26,265 nucleotides of DNA from Promethearchaeota archaeon. Its GTDB lineage: Archaea; Asgardarchaeota; Lokiarchaeia; Sigyniarchaeales; SOKP01. The notes beneath the pieces are model-generated. The model did not search any database and was not told the DNA's origin. It saw nothing but the letters and a program-made list of their open reading frames with translations. The position numbers and the translations under genes were made by a program. How positions within the stretch are numbered: position 1 is the stretch's first letter; every line of letters begins with the position of its first letter. Of the stretch, positions 18,161-26,265 are shown piece by piece. Location of the stretch: the NCBI GenBank assembly GCA_016926735.1, contig JAFGOA010000078.1:1-26265 (forward strand), written 5' to 3'.

Positions 18161-19402
18161 TTATGATTTATTTCCTAATGATTGATTAATCTCAGCGATT
18201 CTTATTTTTATTGTATCCATTTCACTACTTAATTTTACATTTTGTTTATCATAAGTATTCGCATCCATTTTACCAGAATTATAATTCTTTTTAATAAAGC
18301 TCAGTAAGTTTTCCATCGAGTTCAGTTTTCTTTCTAAACTATGTAATTCGTTGTTTAAATTTTCTTTTTCTGATTTTTTCGGAATTTTTATTTTAGTTTT
18401 TTGACTACTTGGTTTAGCAGTTTTTTTTTTTTCCGGTAGTTTAGAGAGAGTAATCTCATTAAAAATATTATCAGATAAATTTGAATATTTTATTAAATTT
18501 TCAATAATCTCTCTCATTCCATTTACTTGAATCAATAAGTTTTGTAAAAAAGATGATAATTCTTGTTTAGAGGAAAAATTATAATCTGTACTTATATCAG
18601 ATGATGTTTGAGTATAAGAAATAGATTGATTTATTATATTTTCATTTACAATTTGATGGTTATTTATTACATCTTCTATTTGTGGTTTAGATTTTTGCTT
18701 TGTAGAGCTTAGTTGTGATTCAAACCTATAATCTGAAATCAACCATTGAAAAATATTCAATGCTAATTGAGAATGTGTATCATAGGATATACCTCCACCA
18801 ATTTTATCTCTAAATATCTCATAACTACCACAACAACATACACGTCCTCTTTCAGGTTCAGAAACACATATTAATGGTGTTGAAAATGGATCTGAAGTAT
18901 CATTTGAGTTCGCAATAGGAATTCCATTCCCTATAATACTAAGGGAACATCCAGCTCGATAACATATTTCTTTAATTCCACTAGTAATTGGGTGAGGGGG
19001 CGTAAAATTAGATATTAAAGGTAGATTTTCTAAACCAAAATTATTTTCATTATCGAGGACTTGATCATTTTCAAAAGATATTCCAAATAACTCTGCTAAC
19101 TCACTTAGATTGCTATTTCTTCCTTTATCACCACCTGCATGAGAAAGTAGTAAAAGTCCACCTCCATCATCTTTAACCCAATTTTCTATCTCTAAAATCT
19201 CTTGGCGAGAGATTTTGGAGAAATCTGGGCAAGAAAAAACCAATATATCATATCCTTTTAATGTTTCTTGAGTAATAGTCGCTTCAAAATATTCATTACA
19301 TATAAAATCATTTTTAGTTAATAATGTATATAATTCTGTAAAATTTTCTTTAAGATTTCCTCTAGGTTTATGTCCTATATCAAAAGCTATATATTGAGGC
19401 AT
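18161..19402 (-). CDS. GIFT/DUF4350 (IFT52/GldG-like, class I GATase fold) domain protein with low-complexity linker and C-terminal helical domain
   Basis: IAFDIGH, LKGYDILVF..P, EI..IENWVKDDGGGLLL, NLSELAELFGISF, HPITSGI and GRV...GS..IF; coiled-coil C-terminus. Confidence 0.65.
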   Translation of the reverse strand: MPQYIAFDIGHKPRGNLKENFTELYTLLTKNDFICNEYFEATITQETLKGYDILVFSCPDFSKISRQEILEIENWVKDDGGGLLLLSHAGGDKGRNSNLSELAELFGISFENDQVLDNENNFGLENLPLISNFTPPHPITSGIKEICYRAGCSLSIIGNGIPIANSNDTSDPFSTPLICVSEPERGRVCCCGSYEIFRDKIGGGISYDTHSQLALNIFQWLISDYRFESQLSSTKQKSKPQIEDVINNHQIVNENIINQSISYTQTSSDISTDYNFSSKQELSSFLQNLLIQVNGMREIIENLIKYSNLSDNIFNEITLSKLPEKKKTAKPSSQKTKIKIPKKSEKENLNNELHSLERKLNSMENLLSFIKKNYNSGKMDANTYDKQNVKLSSEMDTIKIRIAEINQSLGNKS

Positions 19403-19505
19403 ATTAGATCAAATCTTTAGAATAAAAAATTCTGATTGTTTTATTATTAATAAGTTAAATATTATTAAACTTACTTTAAATTATTTTGATAAATGAAAAA
19501 TGAAT

Positions 19506-20603
19506 TTAAAAAATACTTTTATCCCCTATAATCAAATTATTTTTTGAAATATTACTAATAACCACATTACTACCAATTATAGAATTTTCAGTAATTATAT
19601 TGGTAAAATTAACTTTTTTTTCAATCACACAATTTTCCAATATACTATTTTCAATTATAGAATTTTTTCCTATAGATACATTTGGTCCTATAACACTATT
19701 AATTATTTTTGTATTCTTTCCTATGTATACTGGATTTTTTATTATGGACTTTTCAATTTTAATATTTTTATCATAATAATTCTTCGAATTATGTGATACT
19801 TGTTCCAATAAAAATTTATTTCCATATAATAAAGAAGATGGTTTTCCAAAATCCAAAATACCTTTTTTTAATTCAACTGCAGCAATTTTAAATCCACTAT
19901 CTACGAGATCTTGAAGACTCTCTGTTAGATAGATCTCATTGGATTTATCAGTTTTTTTATCTAAGTATTTTTTAAGGTTTTTAAATAATTCCTTTGAAGC
20001 AGTATTAGAAAAGGCATAAATGCCTGCTATAGCTAAATTAGAAATATATTCTTTGGGTTTTTCAACTAATTTCTTGATTATATTATTATCATCAACAGCA
20101 ACAATTCCATAAGAGCTTGCATCTTCTTCCGGTACTTTCATTACAGTAATAATTCCATCTACATCTGACTCATAGTATCTATACATAATATAGGAATATT
20201 CATCAATCAAAATCATATCTCCTAAGAAAATTAAACATCCCTCTCTTTTATCATCTTCAGGATTATTAATTCGAATATTATCAAATTTATCATGAGCTAA
20301 ATAAACTGCTTCTCCTAATCCCCAATAATAAGGAATATCTTCTCTATATCCTCTTGGAAGCTGCTCTAAAAAACTAAGTTTAAATCGTTTAGAATAATGT
20401 TTTTGAACATAATCAATAATTTGTCTTTTTTTATACCCTACAATAAGAATTAATTCTGCATTGTTGTCAAATGTATTTAAAAATTTCATTAGGATATGAT
20501 CTAATACCATTTTTCCCGCTACGGTAATAAATGCTTTTGGTTTACTTAATGTAAATGGACGTAAACGCGACCCAATCCCAGCAATAGGTCCAATTATTTT
20601 CAT
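19506..20603 (-). CDS. Sugar-phosphate nucleotidyltransferase (long form, with left-handed beta-helix)
   Basis: AGIGSRLRPFTLSKPK, LGD, YGIV, VEKP, EIYLT, DFGKP and C-terminal hexapeptide repeats. Confidence 0.9.
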   Translation of the reverse strand: MKIIGPIAGIGSRLRPFTLSKPKAFITVAGKMVLDHILMKFLNTFDNNAELILIVGYKKRQIIDYVQKHYSKRFKLSFLEQLPRGYREDIPYYWGLGEAVYLAHDKFDNIRINNPEDDKREGCLIFLGDMILIDEYSYIMYRYYESDVDGIITVMKVPEEDASSYGIVAVDDNNIIKKLVEKPKEYISNLAIAGIYAFSNTASKELFKNLKKYLDKKTDKSNEIYLTESLQDLVDSGFKIAAVELKKGILDFGKPSSLLYGNKFLLEQVSHNSKNYYDKNIKIEKSIIKNPVYIGKNTKIINSVIGPNVSIGKNSIIENSILENCVIEKKVNFTNIITENSIIGSNVVISNISKNNLIIGDKSIF

Positions 20604-20694
20604 TTTTTCTTGAGTTAGGAAATATTTACTATGCTTTAAAATTTCTTAATATTAAGTTTCCCAAGCATATAAAAATAAATAATAAAAAAGAATT

Positions 20695-21471
20695 TCAATA
20701 AAACTTTGATTCATCCGAATTAAAGATTCTTTGCAGGGAACCGAATAAAATATCAACAGAATTCTCTTCTTTTGTTGAACAAGGAATTAATTCAGAAGTT
20801 GAACCCATCTGGATAAAAACCTCTGAGATTAACATAGATAATTCTCTTATTAATCCTTGTTCTCTTTCATTTGTATAGTCCTCTAGTGCTTGGAAATCTT
20901 GACTCCAATTTATAATCATATCTACTTGATCCTCATCTATTAGATCTGTTTTAGATAAAATATTGATCTGTGGGATGTGTCTGAATCTGAATTGTACTGA
21001 AGCAGCCAAAAGTAAGGTCGAAATAAAACCATTTGGTCTTAAAACAAAATTTGAATCAAAGAGAAATGATACGGATTTTTGAACGGCTCCAAGACCTAAA
21101 GAACTCGCAATCAATGGTCCCGTTTCTCTAAAAGAAAATAGTTCTAATTGACCGGCTGTATCCACCAAAACCCAATCAGGATTATATTCTTCAATTTCAT
21201 TTCTTAAATCTCTTATATAATTAACCATTAGATCTGAAGCAAGAATTGTGGCTCCATTTGGGCCAAGCCCATATTTATCCATTACATCTTCTAATATAAT
21301 ATAATCTCTAATATCAATATCTGGATTATAGGGTATATGCTTAACTCCAGGATCAAGATTGATGGTAATGACAGATGTTTCAGGATTTCTGTTAATTATA
21401 TAATTTTTTAAAATACCTGTTAAAGTAGATTTCCCACTTCCAGCAGTACCAATAATATAATTTAATAGAAT
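20695..21471 (-). CDS. GPN-loop GTPase (about 258 aa, probable ATT start; the ORF track start at 21282 is internal)
   Basis: The upstream in-frame segment encodes LLNYIIGTAGSGKST (P-loop) and INLDPG...DIDIRDY, followed by YGLGPNG, DTAGQLELF and SKTD. Confidence 0.9.
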   Translation of the reverse strand: MLLNYIIGTAGSGKSTLTGILKNYIINRNPETSVITINLDPGVKHIPYNPDIDIRDYIILEDVMDKYGLGPNGATILASDLMVNYIRDLRNEIEEYNPDWVLVDTAGQLELFSFRETGPLIASSLGLGAVQKSVSFLFDSNFVLRPNGFISTLLLAASVQFRFRHIPQINILSKTDLIDEDQVDMIINWSQDFQALEDYTNEREQGLIRELSMLISEVFIQMGSTSELIPCSTKEENSVDILFGSLQRIFNSDESKFY

Positions 21472-21477
21472 TGTAAG

Positions 21478-21484
21478 TTACCTC
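21478..21484 (-). promoter_or_regulatory. Shine-Dalgarno motif of the GPN GTPase gene
   Basis: GAGGTAA on the minus strand, ending 6 nt before ATT at 21471. Confidence 0.6.
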
Positions 21485-21798
21485 TCTAAAAATCTCTGAG
21501 AAAATTATTTTACATTTAATTATGTATAATTTAATGATAATTTCATTCATAAAAAGAATTTATTCTTTTTAAAACTGTTATTCTTAGAAATTCTAATTTA
21601 TTTTTTTTATTCAATTTTCTTAAAAATTATATATAAATGACTATTATCTTAAAAATACAAAATTATAATCACATTAGATGAAAGAATTTGGTTATATTTA
21701 TTAAAAAATATAAATTTAATTATATTTTTTTAAATATTCTCTAAGTGGAATAGATTTTTTCTTATAATAATTATCAATAAATAAAAATTGAAATAAAA

Positions 21799-22176
21799 CT
21801 ATAATTTAGATAAATAATATACTTTTCTTTTTAATTTATTTTTAAAATAATCAATTTCTTCTTCAGTTTGTTCTCCTATATAGTTATCAATATCTAAAAC
21901 TAAAATAGCTTCTTGATCTATAAGTTTTTTTAGTGCTATTTCTTGTAAAATAGCCCATTCAATATATGAAAATTTATCTTTATTTAACAATCCATCAACC
22001 GAACAAATTGAGACAATTTTTTTATATTTTATTTGAAGAATTGATTCAATTTTAATAAAAAAATCTTTTGCTTTTGATATCGAGCCAATAAGAAAAATCT
22101 TCTCTTCTTTAATCTTTGAGAAATCATAGTCTTCAAATTCATTTAGAAATTCATAACTCAATCTTTTTTGTGACAT
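21799..22176 (-). CDS. Hypothetical protein, possibly nucleoside 2-deoxyribosyltransferase-like Rossmann fold
   Basis: IFLIGS at the N-terminus and AILVLDIDNYIGEQTEEEIDY resemble NDT/DUF4406-like small proteins. Confidence 0.5.
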   Translation of the reverse strand: MSQKRLSYEFLNEFEDYDFSKIKEEKIFLIGSISKAKDFFIKIESILQIKYKKIVSICSVDGLLNKDKFSYIEWAILQEIALKKLIDQEAILVLDIDNYIGEQTEEEIDYFKNKLKRKVYYLSKL

Positions 22177-22268
22177 ATAACTTATTGAAATAGTAGTTTA
22201 TCTTTATTTTTTTTCATACTCAACTTAGATAAAATTAAAATAAAAAAAAAGTAATATATGAAATTTTA

Positions 22269-25200
22269 TTATATTCTTATTAATCTTCTTTTTCGAGTTA
22301 GTAAAAATATGCATGTAAATCCAATAACAGCAAAGATTAACACAAGATCATATCCAGGAATACCATTTGCTGGAGGTTTTTCAATAGCCTCAAAAGAACC
22401 AAATTCCTCTTTCATTAGACTATCTTGCTCTCGATCATTATCATTATCCCAAACTTCAATTTTAACATCATGATTTCCAAGATCATCCCCCCACTGATTT
22501 AAAATAATAAATTCATAACTAGTTTGATCTCCAATTGGGACTTCTGTAAGAACTAATATTTGATCAATATATATTTTAATTAGAGAGAGTCCGCTATCAT
22601 CTCCAGAAACCTCATCATAAGCATCAAATGATATAAGAACATCTTCAAATCTGTAGGTTATTACTAAATTTGTTATTTGAGGTGCCAAAATATCATCATC
22701 AATAATCGTTATATTGACCATTTTTATAGTCGTAAGTGCATCTTCAGAACTTTCATTATCATTATCAATTGCAATAAATGTAAATTCATAGGTTCCAAGT
22801 TCATTTGTAACTAAATACGTACCACTTGGATCTAAGGATAATCCTGATAAATCAAAAGCTGCAACAATAATATAACCAGAATTGCTATCAGTATAATCTC
22901 CTATATATTCATAGGATATATCTGGAGGATTAACATCATCATCATTAATGGATAAATCAAATTCAATTTCATAATATTTTTTTAATATTCCATCTCCTGA
23001 AGCTTTGAGCACTAAATTATAGATATTTGATTCTATGTTATTACTTTGAGAGATAATCAATTCAATTGTAAAAATCTTAGTCTCATGACCAGTAAATCTA
23101 TGAAAATAATATCCTTCATTATTTTTATCTAATTCAATATCATTTTGAAGAATTTTAAACTCTAATTCTGAAGGTAAGTTATCTAATGCAAATTCTATAG
23201 TAACATTTTCTTGTCTGTTAATAAACTCATTATAAGGAAGATTCAATAGAGTAAAATCAAAACTGATAGTCTCGCCAATATGTGTTATTTTAGATGGAGT
23301 ATCAATTAAAGTCATTTCGATTTGATTAGCTTTTTTAGCTCCAGACATCATGTTATAAGAGAGTTTATATAATGTCATAAATTCTTCCCGAAAAGTCTCT
23401 TGGTATAATTGTAATGCCTCAAATTGTATTTCTTCCCCAATTTTTATAGATTCAAAATAAGATTCATTTAAAACACATTTTGCTTGATTATCCAATCTAT
23501 TATTTAATTCTTCGATTTTTAATATAGTGTTTTGATCATTTAGAGGAGTTCCATCAAGTAAATCTTCTGAGATATGTACTTTAGTATGAGAATTTGATTC
23601 TATTATTGCACTAGATATTCTTTTCATCATATCAAAAGTACTCATAGATTCTGCGATTGCATTATTTAAAGTGTTTAAATCAGCTATATTAATATTATTA
23701 ATAGTCGTTTCAGTTTGATGTAAATCTCGAATAATAGTATCATTAAGCCCTCTCATTTGAATATAATATTCAGCGAAATCAATAAAATTAGGATCTATTT
23801 TAAAATCATAGGTTCTTATAAGATTTAAATCTTCTTGATTAAAGCTCAAAATATCATATTCTGTGATAATATTAATTTCCTCAACAAGAGAGATAAAATT
23901 CTCGCTCATTTGTTTTGAAAGTTGAAGTCCAGTTTTTGATATTTCATTAATAACTTCACTTTTTTCTTTAGCTATATTATAAATACCTTCTAAATAAGAT
24001 GATTTTAATTCCTCCATATTTACAAACATTCTTGCTCCATTTTCATCATATTTCAGCATTGTTTCAATAAATTCCTTTCCTTTTATAGCAATTGGAATGT
24101 TTAAATTCAATCCATTAAAAAGTTCAGTAAATTTTTCATAAGGAAAAGATATTAATTCAGATACTAAATATGGTGTATCTTCTCCATTTGCAATTTTTAG
24201 CAATAAACCATTTTTAGTAAAATCAATCAATCCACCAGCTATGAATAAAACAGAGGAGATGAGTATTTTTAAAACTGCTTTTTTAGGATCCATTAATTTT
24301 GAATTTACTAATGAAGCACCTAAATAACAAAGATCACTTAAAACCTCAGCTAGAATAATGCTTGCAAATGCAGCTTGTTGATCCAAACCAGGAATAAATC
24401 CAATACCGCAATACTTCAATCCAGGTTTATTGGGAACATCTTGGAAATAATCTGAATAGCATACCATTGAATCTAATTTTTGTCTTTCATTATCATTCTC
24501 CCTTGTATAATGACAATCATCATCATCATCTATATAATCAATTCTCCAAGTCCATGTATTATCATTTGGATTTGTAGAGGATTTATATGCAACGAAGGCT
24601 TGCTGAACCATAATATCAAAAAAGACAGAACCACCAGGATTTAAAACACCAGGAATTCCTTGATATTGTTTCCATAAATTATACCAATTGATTAGATCAG
24701 ATTTTAGGCTTCCTTGTTCCATAAACTCTTCAACTTCCTTTACATGTTCAGAGACGTCCTCTATTAAATCTTTTATTGCAGACATAATACCATAGACATC
24801 TGGGATAATTTCAAACAATCCAAATCCAAGATCTTCAATATCTTCACTAAATAGTTGTTCTTCATCAATTAATTTCATATTATCAATTGAAAATGTAAAT
24901 AAATCAATAGTTTTCTTGCTTGTTACTGTATTTTTTTCACCAAGTTCAATCCAGAAAGAAATATCATTATCATAATTTTCAAGGTTGAACTCTGAATCAT
25001 ATTGAAAGAAATCTCTTAAATGAGCATCACTAGTAATTCCACCTTCATAATATTTATAATTTGGATTATATTCATATTCATAGAAATCTTCTGTAATAAC
25101 ATTATATAAAGCATTTTGAATAGCATACATTGTAATAGCAAATTCCATTCTTATAGGATAACGTTCGTTATTTTCTAAATCAAGCGAAACTGTCACTTCA

Positions 25201-26265
25201 TTTCTCATATTATCTTTTTTATATCGAGTAATGAGAGTTGTGGATAATCCTTCAACAGTCATAGAAATCCCTTTCTGAGTTTCAAATGGTTTAAAGAATA
25301 CTTTTACCGAATTCTCATAAGATGGTGTTTCATAAATATCTATCTGATAAGATATCGAGGAAAATGATCGATCAATAACACCCCGATCATTATCATTATC
25401 TTTATAATCCATCCAAACTTGTATTGAATCAAAATCTACTCCACTCTGTTTTGCGAAATTATATAATTCTAGTATAGACCATTCAGCTCTCCAATTATAA
25501 TCATCTAATTTAGTATGTCCTTGAACTAGATTTATAGGAACCCAATTATTAGAATTATGAGATTTACATTCAGATATTTGAGAAGGATCATGGATATTTA
25601 TCCTTATTCTATATCCTCCATATTGATCTTTTGGAATAGAGGTCATATCTATAGGAGCAACTATATCTTTCCATCCTAAATTAGGATCATAGAATTCACC
25701 ATGATAATCTGGACCTGTTGAATCATCATCACCTATACCAGTAGGAGTAGTTCTATGTGGAGTATATCCCCTAATACCATTATAATCATATAAAATTCTT
25801 AATTCTATGATTACTCCGTACTCAACAACACCAGTTTCGTAAAATTCATAAGGTCCACAACTGTAAAACCAATGATCATCATCAGTGGGATTTTGATCAC
25901 CTAATATACCTGTAGCCACTTCAAATACTTTTGTTAGCTCTGGCCAATTTCCCGAAGAACTAGTAGATTCAAACCATATTTCAAAAGCAATAACTTGATA
26001 GAGTTCCAGAATAGGGGGAAAGATACTTATCTTACTTTTTATATAAAAATCCACACTAAATTTCATTTTTACATCAGACAGTTCATGAATAGTTAACCAA
26101 TGAAATTCAACACCCATGTTACCTATACTTGTATCCATTTTGTTATCTGTATTTTTATCAAAAATTTCATAATTTGTTTTATTTTTGAAATCTAATAAAA
26201 ATATAGATGGTATACTTGAAAATAATAGAAGAAATAAAAATATAAAAATTTTAATTTTATTTTTA
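22269..26265 (-). CDS. Large secreted surface protein with Loki-CTERM-like anchor (5' end beyond the window)
   Basis: The frame stays open past 26138 to the window edge and encodes a signal-peptide-like KNKIKIFIFLFLLLFSSIPSIFLL. It has repeated DDDxxxP...DNDN(D/E) Ig-like units and a C-terminal IPGY + TM + RKRR. Confidence 0.8.
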   Translation of the reverse strand, partial: KNKIKIFIFLFLLLFSSIPSIFLLDFKNKTNYEIFDKNTDNKMDTSIGNMGVEFHWLTIHELSDVKMKFSVDFYIKSKISIFPPILELYQVIAFEIWFESTSSSGNWPELTKVFEVATGILGDQNPTDDDHWFYSCGPYEFYETGVVEYGVIIELRILYDYNGIRGYTPHRTTPTGIGDDDSTGPDYHGEFYDPNLGWKDIVAPIDMTSIPKDQYGGYRIRINIHDPSQISECKSHNSNNWVPINLVQGHTKLDDYNWRAEWSILELYNFAKQSGVDFDSIQVWMDYKDNDNDRGVIDRSFSSISYQIDIYETPSYENSVKVFFKPFETQKGISMTVEGLSTTLITRYKKDNMRNEVTVSLDLENNERYPIRMEFAITMYAIQNALYNVITEDFYEYEYNPNYKYYEGGITSDAHLRDFFQYDSEFNLENYDNDISFWIELGEKNTVTSKKTIDLFTFSIDNMKLIDEEQLFSEDIEDLGFGLFEIIPDVYGIMSAIKDLIEDVSEHVKEVEEFMEQGSLKSDLINWYNLWKQYQGIPGVLNPGGSVFFDIMVQQAFVAYKSSTNPNDNTWTWRIDYIDDDDDCHYTRENDNERQKLDSMVCYSDYFQDVPNKPGLKYCGIGFIPGLDQQAAFASIILAEVLSDLCYLGASLVNSKLMDPKKAVLKILISSVLFIAGGLIDFTKNGLLLKIANGEDTPYLVSELISFPYEKFTELFNGLNLNIPIAIKGKEFIETMLKYDENGARMFVNMEELKSSYLEGIYNIAKEKSEVINEISKTGLQLSKQMSENFISLVEEINIITEYDILSFNQEDLNLIRTYDFKIDPNFIDFAEYYIQMRGLNDTIIRDLHQTETTINNINIADLNTLNNAIAESMSTFDMMKRISSAIIESNSHTKVHISEDLLDGTPLNDQNTILKIEELNNRLDNQAKCVLNESYFESIKIGEEIQFEALQLYQETFREEFMTLYKLSYNMMSGAKKANQIEMTLIDTPSKITHIGETISFDFTLLNLPYNEFINRQENVTIEFALDNLPSELEFKILQNDIELDKNNEGYYFHRFTGHETKIFTIELIISQSNNIESNIYNLVLKASGDGILKKYYEIEFDLSINDDDVNPPDISYEYIGDYTDSNSGYIIVAAFDLSGLSLDPSGTYLVTNELGTYEFTFIAIDNDNESSEDALTTIKMVNITIIDDDILAPQITNLVITYRFEDVLISFDAYDEVSGDDSGLSLIKIYIDQILVLTEVPIGDQTSYEFIILNQWGDDLGNHDVKIEVWDNDNDREQDSLMKEEFGSFEAIEKPPANGIPGYDLVLIFAVIGFTCIFLLTRKRRLIRI

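Noticed and set aside
22258-22473. 71-aa plus-strand ORF
   Set aside because: Antisense to the 3' end of the large surface protein gene.

Overview
Very AT-rich, gene-dense archaeal chromosome segment, most likely from an Asgard archaeon (Lokiarchaeia/Promethearchaeota). This is inferred from a ubiquitin-type E1 and E2, a Rab-like GTPase, a GPN-loop GTPase, a PDCD5 homologue, Loki-CTERM-like anchored surface proteins, and a C1:G72 tRNA-Tyr with bulge-helix-bulge (BHB) introns. The main discovery is that the E1 (UBA3/UBA2-like) gene is interrupted inside its GxGxxG ATP-binding loop by a 30-nt stop-containing insert (9843-9872). The insert folds into a tRNA-type BHB splice motif, and cutting at the canonical BHB positions restores GVGALGCE, which points to a tRNA-endonuclease-type intron in a protein-coding mRNA of the ubiquitin system. 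Other notable points: tRNA-Tyr has two introns (37/38 and 59/60), the first carrying a K-turn/box C/D-like motif. The E2 and GPN GTPase genes have no ATG/GTG/TTG ahead of their conserved N-termini and appear to start at ATT, each 6 nt after a Shine-Dalgarno motif. A 1075-aa protein with nine MIT/TPR-like repeats lies directly upstream of the E1. All calls come from reading the sequence; no searches were run.
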